Position numbers and translations under genes: made by a program. A stretch of DNA of 24,789 nucleotides from Candidatus Zixiibacteriota bacterium (GTDB lineage: Bacteria > Zixibacteria > MSB-5A5 > WJJR01). The notes under the pieces are model-generated. The model had not been told where the DNA came from and made no database searches. It saw only the letters and a list, made by a program, of their open reading frames with translations. Of the stretch, positions 1 to 9,500 are shown piece after piece (the first letter of the stretch is position 1; every line of letters begins with the position of its first letter). Where the stretch lies: positions 1-24,789 of the forward strand of contig JAVHPP010000167.1 of the NCBI GenBank assembly GCA_036170655.1. The letters are read 5' to 3'.

Positions 1-759
1 CTTCCCCTCGATTACGGTATCGCGCTCAACGAGCGCAACCGCGCAGATCATCGTCAGGACGCCGGAGCGGATCTGTCCTACGGTTTGGGACAAACGAGTT
101 GGCGAGTCGTGTCGAGTGGACGCTGGCAGAAAGTGGCGCCGGGCTCATTCCCTGTGGCGCCCAGCCGTACCGTAGAGACCTCGGTCGGTCTCGCGAGCGG
201 AGGTGACAGCCGTTGGGAAATGGATCGCACCGAGAATGCCCTCAGCGGACGATTCGCCCTTTTCTATTCCCGCCGACGGCAATTCGCGGACCCGGTGTCG
301 GGAGCCGCCGGCAGCGCCACCCGCCGCCTGCGAATTGATGGTACGATCTACAAGGCATGGCCTGTCACATCATCTCTTGCATGCCGGCTGTCAGCCGAAG
401 GACGCTGGTGGCAGGCCGGAGACAATCGCCTCGGTCCGGGAGATGAATGGTATCTTGGTGGCGACGAACGCATGCGCGGCTACGCCGAACAAAGTCTGGC
501 CGCGTCCTCAGGCGTCTGGGGATCATTGGAACTCAGACAACGACTGGGCACAGCCGCATTCTCGGTTTTCGCCGAGAGCGCGCGGCTTGATCCCTTTCCG
601 AGCCATCAAAGCGGGTTGTCGAACGGCACGCCCTACGGCTACGGTTGCGCGCTGTGGCTGCTCTCCGCGGACCGGACGGGCCGCCTCGCGTTTGCCTGGC
701 GTGACCACGTGTCATTCCCGGACGGCATCGTGCGTCTGATGGTTACTCAGACCTGGTAA
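1..759 (+). CDS. Omp85/BamA-TamA-like outer membrane beta-barrel protein, C-terminal part (5'-truncated by window)
   Basis: Frame is open from base 1 with no stop before the listed start at 85. Contains WYLGGDERMRGY, matching the Omp85 loop-6 'LGG..(V/M)RGY' motif, then amphipathic beta-strand-like segments (SLELRQRL, GYGCALWL) and a terminal aromatic W. Confidence 0.65.
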   Translation, partial: LPLDYGIALNERNRADHRQDAGADLSYGLGQTSWRVVSSGRWQKVAPGSFPVAPSRTVETSVGLASGGDSRWEMDRTENALSGRFALFYSRRRQFADPVSGAAGSATRRLRIDGTIYKAWPVTSSLACRLSAEGRWWQAGDNRLGPGDEWYLGGDERMRGYAEQSLAASSGVWGSLELRQRLGTAAFSVFAESARLDPFPSHQSGLSNGTPYGYGCALWLLSADRTGRLAFAWRDHVSFPDGIVRLMVTQTW

Positions 760-827
760 TACGTGGCAATGCCCCCCGCTGTCGTTGGGGCGAGGGAACG
801 GGGTGAGGGTTTCGCCCAGCACTACTC

Positions 828-1706
828 ATGAATATATTATCAGGCAGACTATCAATGGGTGCGTGGTGGTATCTCGTTCGCGGCGGCAATGTCATCCTCT
901 CCGGCGCTGCGTCCGCTGCCGGTGTCTGGCTGGTGCAGGGGAGAGGCGCAGATGCTGCTGTCTGGCTTCTGGCTCCGCTTGCGCCGATGCTCATCACCGC
1001 CGCCGGCAACATCCAGAATGATTGCGCCGATTGCGCGATCGATCGGGTCAATCGTCCCGAGCGTCCGCTGCCCGCAGGCGCGGTCTCGTTTGCGAACGCC
1101 CGCCGGGCGATGTTCTGGCTCTTCGGCGCCGGCTTGGGCACCGCGATCGCTGCGGGATGGACCGCTGCGGCCATCGCGGTATTCGTGGTTGTCGGGCTGA
1201 ACATCTACAATCTGCGGTTGTCGCGCCTGCCTCTCACAGGTAATCTTGCTGTATCCCTCATGGGGGCATTGCCGATTCTGTACGGTGGCGTGACGTCAGT
1301 CGGTTTCACATCTGGACGCTGGCTGATTGCGGCCTCGGCCACCGGCATCGCGTTCTGGCTCCACCTGTCACGAGAGTTGCTGAAGGACACAGTCGACATC
1401 GAAGGCGACCGTGCCGCTGGAAGACGCACGCTGCCGGTTCTTCGCGGTCCCAAGACTGCCATGCGTGCCGCAGCCCTGTCCCTGCTGGTCGCGGCGGCGT
1501 TCACCCTCTGGCAGGGCACGTTCGGCTGGTACGGCCCGCTCTATCTGTTCGGTATCGGCGCGACTGTGTTACCTGCCCTTCTTCTTGGCGCTGCCCAGTG
1601 CTGGTGGCGCACCGAACTCGCCGTGGCCTCTCTGTGGACAGGCGGAATCAAGCTCATCATGCTGGCGGGGCTGATCTGGATGATCCTTGCCGTGCGGCCG
1701 TACTGA
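828..1706 (+). CDS. UbiA-family prenyltransferase, digeranylgeranylglyceryl-phosphate (DGGGP) synthase-like
   Basis: Multi-TM protein with two Asp-rich UbiA motifs: GNIQNDCADCAIDRVNRPERPLPAG and SRELLKDTVDIEGDRAAGRRTLP. The RE..KD..D.EGD form is typical of the DGGGPS-like branch. Start could be ATG 855. Confidence 0.85.
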   Translation: MNILSGRLSMGAWWYLVRGGNVILSGAASAAGVWLVQGRGADAAVWLLAPLAPMLITAAGNIQNDCADCAIDRVNRPERPLPAGAVSFANARRAMFWLFGAGLGTAIAAGWTAAAIAVFVVVGLNIYNLRLSRLPLTGNLAVSLMGALPILYGGVTSVGFTSGRWLIAASATGIAFWLHLSRELLKDTVDIEGDRAAGRRTLPVLRGPKTAMRAAALSLLVAAAFTLWQGTFGWYGPLYLFGIGATVLPALLLGAAQCWWRTELAVASLWTGGIKLIMLAGLIWMILAVRPY

Positions 1707-1802
1707 GAATGTGCAGTAGGTCGGTGACCCCATGCCTCTGACCTACCGCCTCCCCAAATCCCCCCTTTGATGCTCACCGCCCATCGCGTTTATTGCTGTG
1801 TT

Positions 1803-2684
1803 ATGTCGCTGATGTCTCCCCGCCAGAATTCCATCTGGCTCTGGCCGATTGCAATCCTCGTGGCGGTCCTGATCGCGGCTCCGGCGCGGGCGCTGACGGT
1901 GGAGGCCCGGACTGACGTTCACCAAGTCACGGTGGGCGGGAAAATCACGATTACCGTGACCGCGATTCGGTCCGACGCGCTCGGCGACCCCGAGTTTGCC
2001 GGCGCGGGCGTCTTGGCGGGCGCGTCGTGGAAGCTGGGCGGACAGATCACGCAGTCACCGCAACATGTTGGCGCCGAGATCCGCAAGGAGTGGCAATTCG
2101 AATTGACAGCGGTGTTGCCCGACTCGGCCCGTGTGACGCCGGTCGTCTACCTGGGAGTCGAACCCGTATTGGGACAGCGAGCCGATTCGATCCTTGGTGC
2201 CCCTATGCTGATTGTCATCACGCCCCCGCCGGCCACACCAGTGTGGCCTTGGGTGGCTGGCGGTCTCGCCGCGGCTGGTGTCTCTGTCTTCGTGATCACG
2301 CGGGGATTGAATCGACGCCGCGAACAATCCTTCGAACATGCCGTGGCCTCGCCTTTGCAGGAGGCCCTCGAGATGCTGGAAAGTGCGCGCGTCAATCGCC
2401 GCGCCGATCGGGTCCCGCGCTACATGGCGGATCTGGAACGTGTGCTCACGGGGTACGCCGCCCGTCGTCTGGGGACATCCCTGACCGGAAGAACATCGGC
2501 GGAAATCATCGCGTTGCTGCGAGCACGGGTCAGCGATGTAGAGATACTCGAAGAGTTAGATGCCTTGCTGCAACGCTGTGTGCAGTCACGCTTTGGCGGC
2601 GGACATCCTCAGTTCGAAATCCTGGAGAATATGGAACAGCAGGCGCGTCGAACCTTGGAACGTCTGGACAGCACATGGGTATGA
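1803..2684 (+). CDS. Bat-operon associated membrane protein (signal peptide, BatD-like Ig domain, TM, helical C-terminal domain)
   Basis: Signal peptide ending APARA, then LTVEARTDVHQVTVGGKITITVT (BatD-like strand), TM WPWVAGGLAAAGVSVFVI followed by RRR, and a C-terminal domain resembling that of 5547-6605. Start uncertain (TTG 1767, ATG 1803 or 1812). Confidence 0.65.
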   Translation: MSLMSPRQNSIWLWPIAILVAVLIAAPARALTVEARTDVHQVTVGGKITITVTAIRSDALGDPEFAGAGVLAGASWKLGGQITQSPQHVGAEIRKEWQFELTAVLPDSARVTPVVYLGVEPVLGQRADSILGAPMLIVITPPPATPVWPWVAGGLAAAGVSVFVITRGLNRRREQSFEHAVASPLQEALEMLESARVNRRADRVPRYMADLERVLTGYAARRLGTSLTGRTSAEIIALLRARVSDVEILEELDALLQRCVQSRFGGGHPQFEILENMEQQARRTLERLDSTWV

Positions 2685-2807
2685 CATACTCCAGTCCGCC
2701 GTGCGGACGCGGGAGGCAACACCCCGTATGAACAGCAGTGACAACATAGTCGATAAGGGCCAATGAATCCGCTTGGGCGGACAGATGGGAGCAAAGGAGA
2801 GGTATTG

Positions 2808-3794
<987 letters not shown>

Positions 3795-3839
3795 GAATCA
3801 CCGGATGCCGCGGAATCGATGCTCCCCTCGACTATGACA

Positions 3840-3864
3840 GTAAGGGTGGCCCATTGGGTCGCCC
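3840..3864 (+). repeat. Degenerate GTAG-type REP-like palindrome
   Basis: GTAAGGGTGGCCCATTGGGTCGCCC folds into a 9-10 bp stem with two G.U pairs, preceded by GTAA. Intergenic between moxR and DUF58. Confidence 0.45.
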
Positions 3865-3886
3865 GCCGTTCGAATATGGGGAGATG

Positions 3887-3922
3887 ATTCCCACTATTCC
3901 TATAATTCCCATAATTCCATTC
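3887..3922 (+). repeat. 9-bp tandem repeat x4 (ATTCCYAYW-like)
   Basis: attcccact-attcctata-attcccata-attccattc read directly from the sequence. Confidence 0.8.
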
Positions 3923-3939
3923 TCCCGGTAGTCCCCGCC

Positions 3940-4818
3940 ATGCTGCCCCCAGACCTCATCGCCCAGATCCGCCGCATCGAGATCCGCACCAATCGTCTGG
4001 TGAATCATCTCTTCGGCGGCGAATACCATTCGATTTTCAAGGGGCAGGGGATCGAATTCGAAGAGGTGCGTGAGTATCAGCCCGGCGATGATATTCGCTT
4101 GATCGACTGGAATGTCACCGCGCGCACCGGCATACCGTTCATCAAGAAGTTCCGCGAAGAACGCGAGATGCTCGTGATGCTGATGGTCGATCTCTCCGCT
4201 TCCGGACGTTTTGGCACCGGCGCCAAGTCGAAAAATCAGGTGGCGGCCGAGACGGCTGCCATTCTCGCTTTCTCGGCGATCAAGAACAACGACAAGGTCG
4301 GCATGATCGTCTTTACCGATCAGATCGAACTGTATATGCCGCCGCAGAAGGGGCGATCGCATGTTCTGCGTTTGATTCGTGAGATTCTCTATTTTACACC
4401 GCAGCGCAACGGCACCAATATCACCGGCGCCCTCGAGTTCTTCAACCGTGTCACCCGGCGTCGCGCCGTGGCTTTTCTCATTTCCGATTTCTTCGGCTCA
4501 GGGTATGAACATGCCCTGTCCATTGCGCACCGGCGGCACGATGTCATCGCCGTGAAAGTGGAGGACCCCCGTGAGCGGCAGTGGGCCGATATCGGGCTGA
4601 TCGAGTTCGAGGATCTGGAGACGGGACGCCGGATGGTGATCGACTCGGCCGGAATTGCCGGCAAACAGTTTGAGCGCGCGGTCGCGCTGGCGAATCTGCG
4701 CCGAAAACGCTTCTTTCAATCGATCGGGTTGGATGAGGTGTTTGTTTCCACTGATGGTCCGATTGCAGACAACCTGGTGAAGTTTTTCCGCCAGCGGGAG
4801 CGTCACAGACGTCGCTGA
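3940..4818 (+). CDS. DUF58 domain protein (vWA-like MoxR partner)
   Basis: GEYHSIFKGQGIEFEEVREYQPGDDIRLIDWNVTAR, VDLSASGRFG, FLISDF motifs. Directly downstream of moxR. Confidence 0.95.
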   Translation: MLPPDLIAQIRRIEIRTNRLVNHLFGGEYHSIFKGQGIEFEEVREYQPGDDIRLIDWNVTARTGIPFIKKFREEREMLVMLMVDLSASGRFGTGAKSKNQVAAETAAILAFSAIKNNDKVGMIVFTDQIELYMPPQKGRSHVLRLIREILYFTPQRNGTNITGALEFFNRVTRRRAVAFLISDFFGSGYEHALSIAHRRHDVIAVKVEDPRERQWADIGLIEFEDLETGRRMVIDSAGIAGKQFERAVALANLRRKRFFQSIGLDEVFVSTDGPIADNLVKFFRQRERHRRR

Positions 4819-4943
4819 ATGTGCCGCCGGAGGGGGACGAGCCAGGGGTGTCAGATGGATGGCTTCGCCCCGGACGTTTTGGAAGGGAGTATTGAAAAGG
4901 GTGCCGCACACGGAAGACGACGGGGGAGATGCATATTTTCCTT

Positions 4944-5015
4944 GGGAGGGCGAGGCTCCTCCCGAGCCTCTTCTTGAGTTCGGGTGGAATGGCTCGGCAG
5001 GAGCCTCGCCCTCCC
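4944..5015. repeat. REP doublet (REPIN-like), GGGAGGGCGAGGCTCCTGCCGAGCC family, copy 1
   Basis: 25-bp arms at 4944-4968 and 4991-5015 are inverted repeats (1 mismatch) around a 22-bp spacer. Each arm has an internal GGCTC-N5-GAGCC hairpin. Second copy at 20070-20143. Confidence 0.9.
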
Positions 5016-5187
5016 GTCAGGAGATCCTGGTGGTGTTTGACGGAGCTTGGGTTCTTCCACCCTCCCTGTGAAGGGCGAGTGCCGAAGAATCTGCTTTATT
5101 GTCGGATGCGAATGTTCGATCCTGTCTATCTCAGCCCCGGTGAGGGGAGGAACTGGCTACAATGATCCATAGCGAAAGGGTGATATC

Positions 5188-5430
5188 ATGCTATCCTGGC
5201 TGACACGTCCCCCGGTCCTGATCTTCGGTCTGGGGGCAACCGAATTGGTGCTGATTTTCCTGGTGATCATTCTCCTCTTCGGTGCGAAAAAAATCCCCGA
5301 TATCGCCCGCGGACTGGGGCGCAGCATGTCGGAATTCAAGAAGGGCATGCACGAAGGCGAAACGGATGACGCCGAAAAGAAAGATCCCCCGGCCAGTCCG
5401 CCCGGTGGCTCCGCCTCTCCCAAGACCTGA
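5188..5430 (+). CDS. tatA: Twin-arginine translocase TatA/E subunit
   Basis: FGLGATELVLIFLVIILLFGAKKIPDIARGLGRSMSEFKKG: TM helix, FG hinge and amphipathic helix signature. Purine-rich AAAGGGTG upstream of the ATG. Confidence 0.95.
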   Translation: MLSWLTRPPVLIFGLGATELVLIFLVIILLFGAKKIPDIARGLGRSMSEFKKGMHEGETDDAEKKDPPASPPGGSASPKT

Positions 5431-5546
5431 CGCCGGCATTTTTCATCCGCCCGGGATCCCCGATCAAGGCCCAGGTGTATCAAGACCTGAGTCGATTGGG
5501 CTTGTGATTCTTGGAGCATTGAAGCGCCAGACATTGCCTTTGATCT

Positions 5547-6605
5547 ATGAAGATTCTCACCCAGCCACATCTGCGCCGCACGTGTCGGAGAGATTTCACA
5601 GGGAGGGTCTGGCCTGCTGGTCGCCTGATGTTGTTCTCGCTGCTGGTTCTGTTGCCAGCAGTCGCTTACTCCCAGTCTCCCGATGTCACCATTTCAACCG
5701 ACAGACAAACAGCGACCGTCGGAGACCCGATTCTGTATACCCTGTCTCTCCGGTACGACTCTACTCTGCGGCTGGTGGCGCCGGTGGTCGGCAAGACGCT
5801 GGGCAAGCTCGATGTTCTCGGTGATACCACGCTGCCGGAAAGCCGGGCTGACGACGGCCGCAGAATCTACCGACGCCAGTTGCGGCTTTCTGCCTTTGAC
5901 ATCGGCAAACTCTGGATCGCGCCACTGCACGGTGAATTCGCGGCTCCCAGCGGACAGTCTGTACCGTGGCACAGCGATTCCCTCGCGATCACCATCACGT
6001 CCGTTCTGCAGGCTGCCGGTCCCGACACAGTCGATATCCGTGGCCTCAAAGGACCGTACGAGGTACCGCTGGCACGCTGGTGGTGGTGGCTCATTGGCGG
6101 CGGGCTGGTTCTGGCAGGAATTACCTGGTGGTACCTGAGACGTCGTCGCCAGATTGCCGCGGCCGTGGTTGTCCCGCCGGTTCCCCCTTGGCAGCAGGCG
6201 CTTGAGTCGCTCCAGATCATGCGAGAGCAGATCGATCCAGCCGCGCAAGGCGGACGCGTCTGGTACTTCCGCCTCTCGGAGATCCTGCGCCAATATTTCG
6301 ATGACCGCTATGGCTGGCCCAGCATCGATGAGACAACATCGCAGATCATGGAGCGTCTCGCGGCAGCGCCATTCAACGGTGATCATCGCGCGCGCGCCCG
6401 GGAGTTCTTCCTCTTGGCTGATCAGGTACGTTATGCCAGGCATCCCGCGAAACTTGGTCGGCCCGAGGTGGATTGGGAATGGGTACGTGACTTCGTGCAG
6501 TCGACCATTCCCGTTGTGATCGCTTCGGAGGCGCCAGCGTCGCTGACAGACAAGCCGCCGTCAGACGCTACGGATACGGCTGCCCGGCAGGAGATCGCCC
6601 GATGA
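5547..6605 (+). CDS. Bat-operon membrane protein (BatD-like Ig domain + TM + helical domain; DUF4381-like)
   Basis: Signal-like LMLFSLLVLLPAVAYSQ, VTISTDRQTATVGDPILYTL, DIRGLKGP before TM WWWWLIGG..., then RRRR. ATGA overlap with batA. This is the usual position of such a gene in bat operons. Start may be later (ATG 5628). Confidence 0.8.
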   Translation: MKILTQPHLRRTCRRDFTGRVWPAGRLMLFSLLVLLPAVAYSQSPDVTISTDRQTATVGDPILYTLSLRYDSTLRLVAPVVGKTLGKLDVLGDTTLPESRADDGRRIYRRQLRLSAFDIGKLWIAPLHGEFAAPSGQSVPWHSDSLAITITSVLQAAGPDTVDIRGLKGPYEVPLARWWWWLIGGGLVLAGITWWYLRRRRQIAAAVVVPPVPPWQQALESLQIMREQIDPAAQGGRVWYFRLSEILRQYFDDRYGWPSIDETTSQIMERLAAAPFNGDHRARAREFFLLADQVRYARHPAKLGRPEVDWEWVRDFVQSTIPVVIASEAPASLTDKPPSDATDTAARQEIAR

Positions 6606-7594
6606 CCCTGCGTTTTGCCGATCCGTGGTTTCTTCTCGTCCTCCTGCTGGTGGGCGTGGCCGTGTGGCTCACTTGGCGGCTGCGCCGCCTCAGTCCCACA
6701 ACCGCGTTCCCGCATCTGGACCTGCTCAAGGATGTCGCCCCGACGTGGCGCGTGCGTACACGCTGGTTGCCATCGGCGGCGCGCCTCATAGCGCTACTTC
6801 TCCTCGTGATCGCTCTGGCGCGTCCTCAATCTGGCTCCACGTCGCGCGAGGTGACGTCGGAGGGCATCGACATCATGCTGGTGCTCGATGTCTCCGGCTC
6901 GATGAAAGCGGAGGATTTCAAGCCCAACAACCGTCTCTATGTCGCCAAACAGGTCATCCGTGAATTTATCAAGGGACGCGCGAATGACCGCATTGGGCTC
7001 GTCGTTTTCTCCGGGCAGTCATTCACGCAATGCCCGCTGACGCTGGACTATGGCGTCCTCACGGGATTTCTCGACAAGATCGACTTCGGCATGATCGAGG
7101 ACGGCACCGCCATCGGGATGGCCATCGCCAATGCTGTCAACCGCCTGCGTGAGTCGACAGCGAAGAGCAAGATCATCATCCTGCTTACCGATGGCGTCAA
7201 CAACCGCGGCCAGATTGATCCGCTGACGGCGGCGGAGATTGCGCGTACTATGACAATCAAAGTCTACACCATTGGTGCGGGAAAACCCGGAAATGCCATG
7301 TATCCGGTCGACGATCCCGTCTTTGGCAGGCGCTACGTGTACCTGCCCAACGAACTCGACGAGCCATCGCTCCGGCAGATTGCCGACCGGACCGGCGGAC
7401 GGTACTATCGCGCCCAATCCGAAAAGATGCTGGAGGACATCTACAAGGAAATCAGCATGCTCGAAAAGACCGAGGTGAAGGTCAAAGAATATGTCCAGTA
7501 TCGGGAACTCTTCGGTTACTTTGCCGCTGGGGCGTTGGGCTGTATGTTTCTCGCCGGTGTTCTGGGGGCAACCTGGTTCCGTAAGCTTCCGTAA
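6602..7594 (+). CDS. batA: BatA, vWA domain membrane protein
   Basis: RFADPWFLL N-terminus, IALARPQ, MIDAS DVSGSM, DRIGLVVFSG, GTAIG, ILLTDG, TGGRYYRA, C-terminal TM. Confidence 0.93.
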   Translation: MTLRFADPWFLLVLLLVGVAVWLTWRLRRLSPTTAFPHLDLLKDVAPTWRVRTRWLPSAARLIALLLLVIALARPQSGSTSREVTSEGIDIMLVLDVSGSMKAEDFKPNNRLYVAKQVIREFIKGRANDRIGLVVFSGQSFTQCPLTLDYGVLTGFLDKIDFGMIEDGTAIGMAIANAVNRLRESTAKSKIIILLTDGVNNRGQIDPLTAAEIARTMTIKVYTIGAGKPGNAMYPVDDPVFGRRYVYLPNELDEPSLRQIADRTGGRYYRAQSEKMLEDIYKEISMLEKTEVKVKEYVQYRELFGYFAAGALGCMFLAGVLGATWFRKLP

Positions 7595-7614
7595 GACTTG
7601 AAGGGTGATGACTG

Positions 7615-8688
7615 ATGCGTTTTGGGGCTGTTCATTGGCTGTGGATGCTGGCGCTCGTGCCCGTAACGGGCGCGCTGTTCTGGTATGCTGCCCGGCAACG
7701 CCGTCGTCTGTCCGCCCGCTTTGCGGAGACACAGGCGTGGGCGCTGCTGACCCGTCATGTCTGGCGCCGGGCACGATCGTGGCGCGCGGTGCTGCTTCTG
7801 GCCGCGCTCTCGCTGACCGCCCTGGCCGCCGCGCGTCCGCAGTGGGGTGCCCGCGCTGTCATGCTCAAACGGCGCGGTCTTGATATCGTGGTTGCTCTCG
7901 ATGTTTCCCGGTCCATGATGGCGACCGACGTGAAGCCCGACCGCCTGACCCGTGCGAAACGTGAGATCTCCGGCATCCTCGATCGGCTTACCGGAGACCG
8001 CGTCGGCGTGATTGTCTTCGCTGGCGACGCATTTGTCCAGTGCCCGCTGACTTTGGATGGGGCGGCGGCGCGCTTGCTGTTGGACGCAGTTGGAACCACT
8101 TCGGCCGGACGACCGGGGACCAACATCGCCGAGGCAATCACGACCGGCGTTGACATGTTCGACAAAAACGAGCGCCGCTCCAAGGTCCTCATCCTGGTGA
8201 CCGACGGAGAGACCCTTGAAGGCGATGCGCTGGCGGCGGCTCAGACGGCCGGTGAGTCCGGAACGCGCATCTACACCCTCGGCGTGGGCACACCAGCGGG
8301 GGAACCGATCCCGATGACCGATGACGAGGGCCGCCAGACGGGGTTCAAAAAGGATGAAGCCGGACAAGTGATCCTGTCGAGGCTGGATGAGGTGTCTCTC
8401 CAGAAGATTGCGTTGGCCACCGACGGTCGTTATTTCCGCGTGGGACCGACCGAAATTGAAATAGGTGCGCTTTTTGATGAACTGAACCGGCTCGAGAAGA
8501 GAGAAATGGAAGGGCGATTGTTCACCGAATTTGAGGAGCGGTTTCAGTACTTCCTGTTGCCGGCTTTTCTCTTCCTCCTCTTGGAATTTGTCGTCCCGGA
8601 AGTTCGCCCCCAGCCGGTACGCCGTTGGCTGAAATGGCCGGGACGCGCGCGCCGATTCCTCCCCATTGTTGCCGGGAGCAAAACATGA
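7615..8688 (+). CDS. batB: BatB, vWA domain membrane protein
   Basis: LAAARPQWG, MIDAS DVSRSM, DVKPDRLTRAK, FAGDAFVQCPLT, TDGE, GVGTPAGEPIP, FEERFQYFL. Confidence 0.93.
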   Translation: MRFGAVHWLWMLALVPVTGALFWYAARQRRRLSARFAETQAWALLTRHVWRRARSWRAVLLLAALSLTALAAARPQWGARAVMLKRRGLDIVVALDVSRSMMATDVKPDRLTRAKREISGILDRLTGDRVGVIVFAGDAFVQCPLTLDGAAARLLLDAVGTTSAGRPGTNIAEAITTGVDMFDKNERRSKVLILVTDGETLEGDALAAAQTAGESGTRIYTLGVGTPAGEPIPMTDDEGRQTGFKKDEAGQVILSRLDEVSLQKIALATDGRYFRVGPTEIEIGALFDELNRLEKREMEGRLFTEFEERFQYFLLPAFLFLLLEFVVPEVRPQPVRRWLKWPGRARRFLPIVAGSKT

Positions 8689-9500
8689 TGATACCCTCTG
8701 ACTGTACGTTCCGCATATCACTCAGACATGCAGGTATCGCTACCCTGTTTGTGTTACTTGGGTCGTTACCCTTGCAGGCAGACGAGTTCGCCCGGCACAA
8801 TAACGAAGGCAACAAGCTCGCGAAGCAGGAGCAATTCGATCAGGCGCTGCAGCGTTACCATGAAGCCCGTGTTGAACGTCCCGATCGGCCTGAGGTTGGT
8901 TACAACATCGGCAACGTCTATCATCTCGAGGGCAAGTTCGACTCCGCTGCCAAGGAATACCAGAATGCGCTTTCCGCGCTCACCGGCCCGGTGGCGCCCC
9001 AGGCCAGCTATAATCTCGGCAATACGCTTTTCCGCATGCAACAATACGGGCCGGCCATCGAAGCGTACAAGGGTGCACTGATCGAGAACCCGTCAGATAT
9101 CGATGCCAAGCACAACCTGGAACTGGCGCTCCGTCGGTTGCAAGCCGACTCGACTAAACAGCAGCAGAAGCAGGACGACCAGAAGAACAAATCCGACTCT
9201 ACACAGCAGAACAAGGACAAGAAGGACAAGCAGCCCAAGCCCGACTCCACTCAGGACAACCAGAAATCGGGGCAGGACAAGAAGCCGCCCACCGATTCAA
9301 CTCAGGGACAGCCACCTCCCAGCGGACAGGACAATCAGAAACCCGGTGGACAGAAAAAGGATCAGCAACCGCAGCAGCCCGTGGGGATGACAAAGGCCGA
9401 CGCCCAACGCCTCTTGGACGCGTTGAAAAACGACGAGCTGAAAGTGCAGAAGCAACGGGCGCAACGGTTGAACGAAGTCAAAGTGACGAGGGATTGGTGA
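8685..9500 (+). CDS. batC: BatC, TPR protein with Q/K/D-rich linker
   Basis: TPR motifs YNIGNVYH, YNLGNTLF, AKHNLELA, then a low-complexity Q-rich tail and MTKADAQRLLDAL...RDW C-terminus typical of BatC. Start at ATG 8685 gives an ATGA overlap with batB and follows GGGAG. Confidence 0.88.
   Translation: MMIPSDCTFRISLRHAGIATLFVLLGSLPLQADEFARHNNEGNKLAKQEQFDQALQRYHEARVERPDRPEVGYNIGNVYHLEGKFDSAAKEYQNALSALTGPVAPQASYNLGNTLFRMQQYGPAIEAYKGALIENPSDIDAKHNLELALRRLQADSTKQQQKQDDQKNKSDSTQQNKDKKDKQPKPDSTQDNQKSGQDKKPPTDSTQGQPPPSGQDNQKPGGQKKDQQPQQPVGMTKADAQRLLDALKNDELKVQKQRAQRLNEVKVTRDW

Noticed and set aside
770..820. G-rich GGGGCGAGGGAACGGGGTGAGGG segment and similar G/C-run motifs near 1745-1770, 4825-4850 and 5056-5150
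   Set aside because: They resemble degenerate palindromic repeats but are too diverged to define boundaries or a family from this window.
3887..3922. Possible CRISPR array (also considered for the REP doublets)
   Set aside because: Units are 9 bp without spacers, the REPs are inverted rather than regularly spaced direct repeats, and there are no cas genes.
4851..5165. Short ORFs 4851-5060, 4859-5071 and 4929-5165
   Set aside because: They translate through the REP doublet and show no coding signature.
7516..8721. 401-aa antisense ORF (likewise 2586-3527, 11641-12573, 7019-7774, 23798-24721 and similar)
   Set aside because: Shadow ORFs opposite well-supported genes, as expected in GC-rich DNA.
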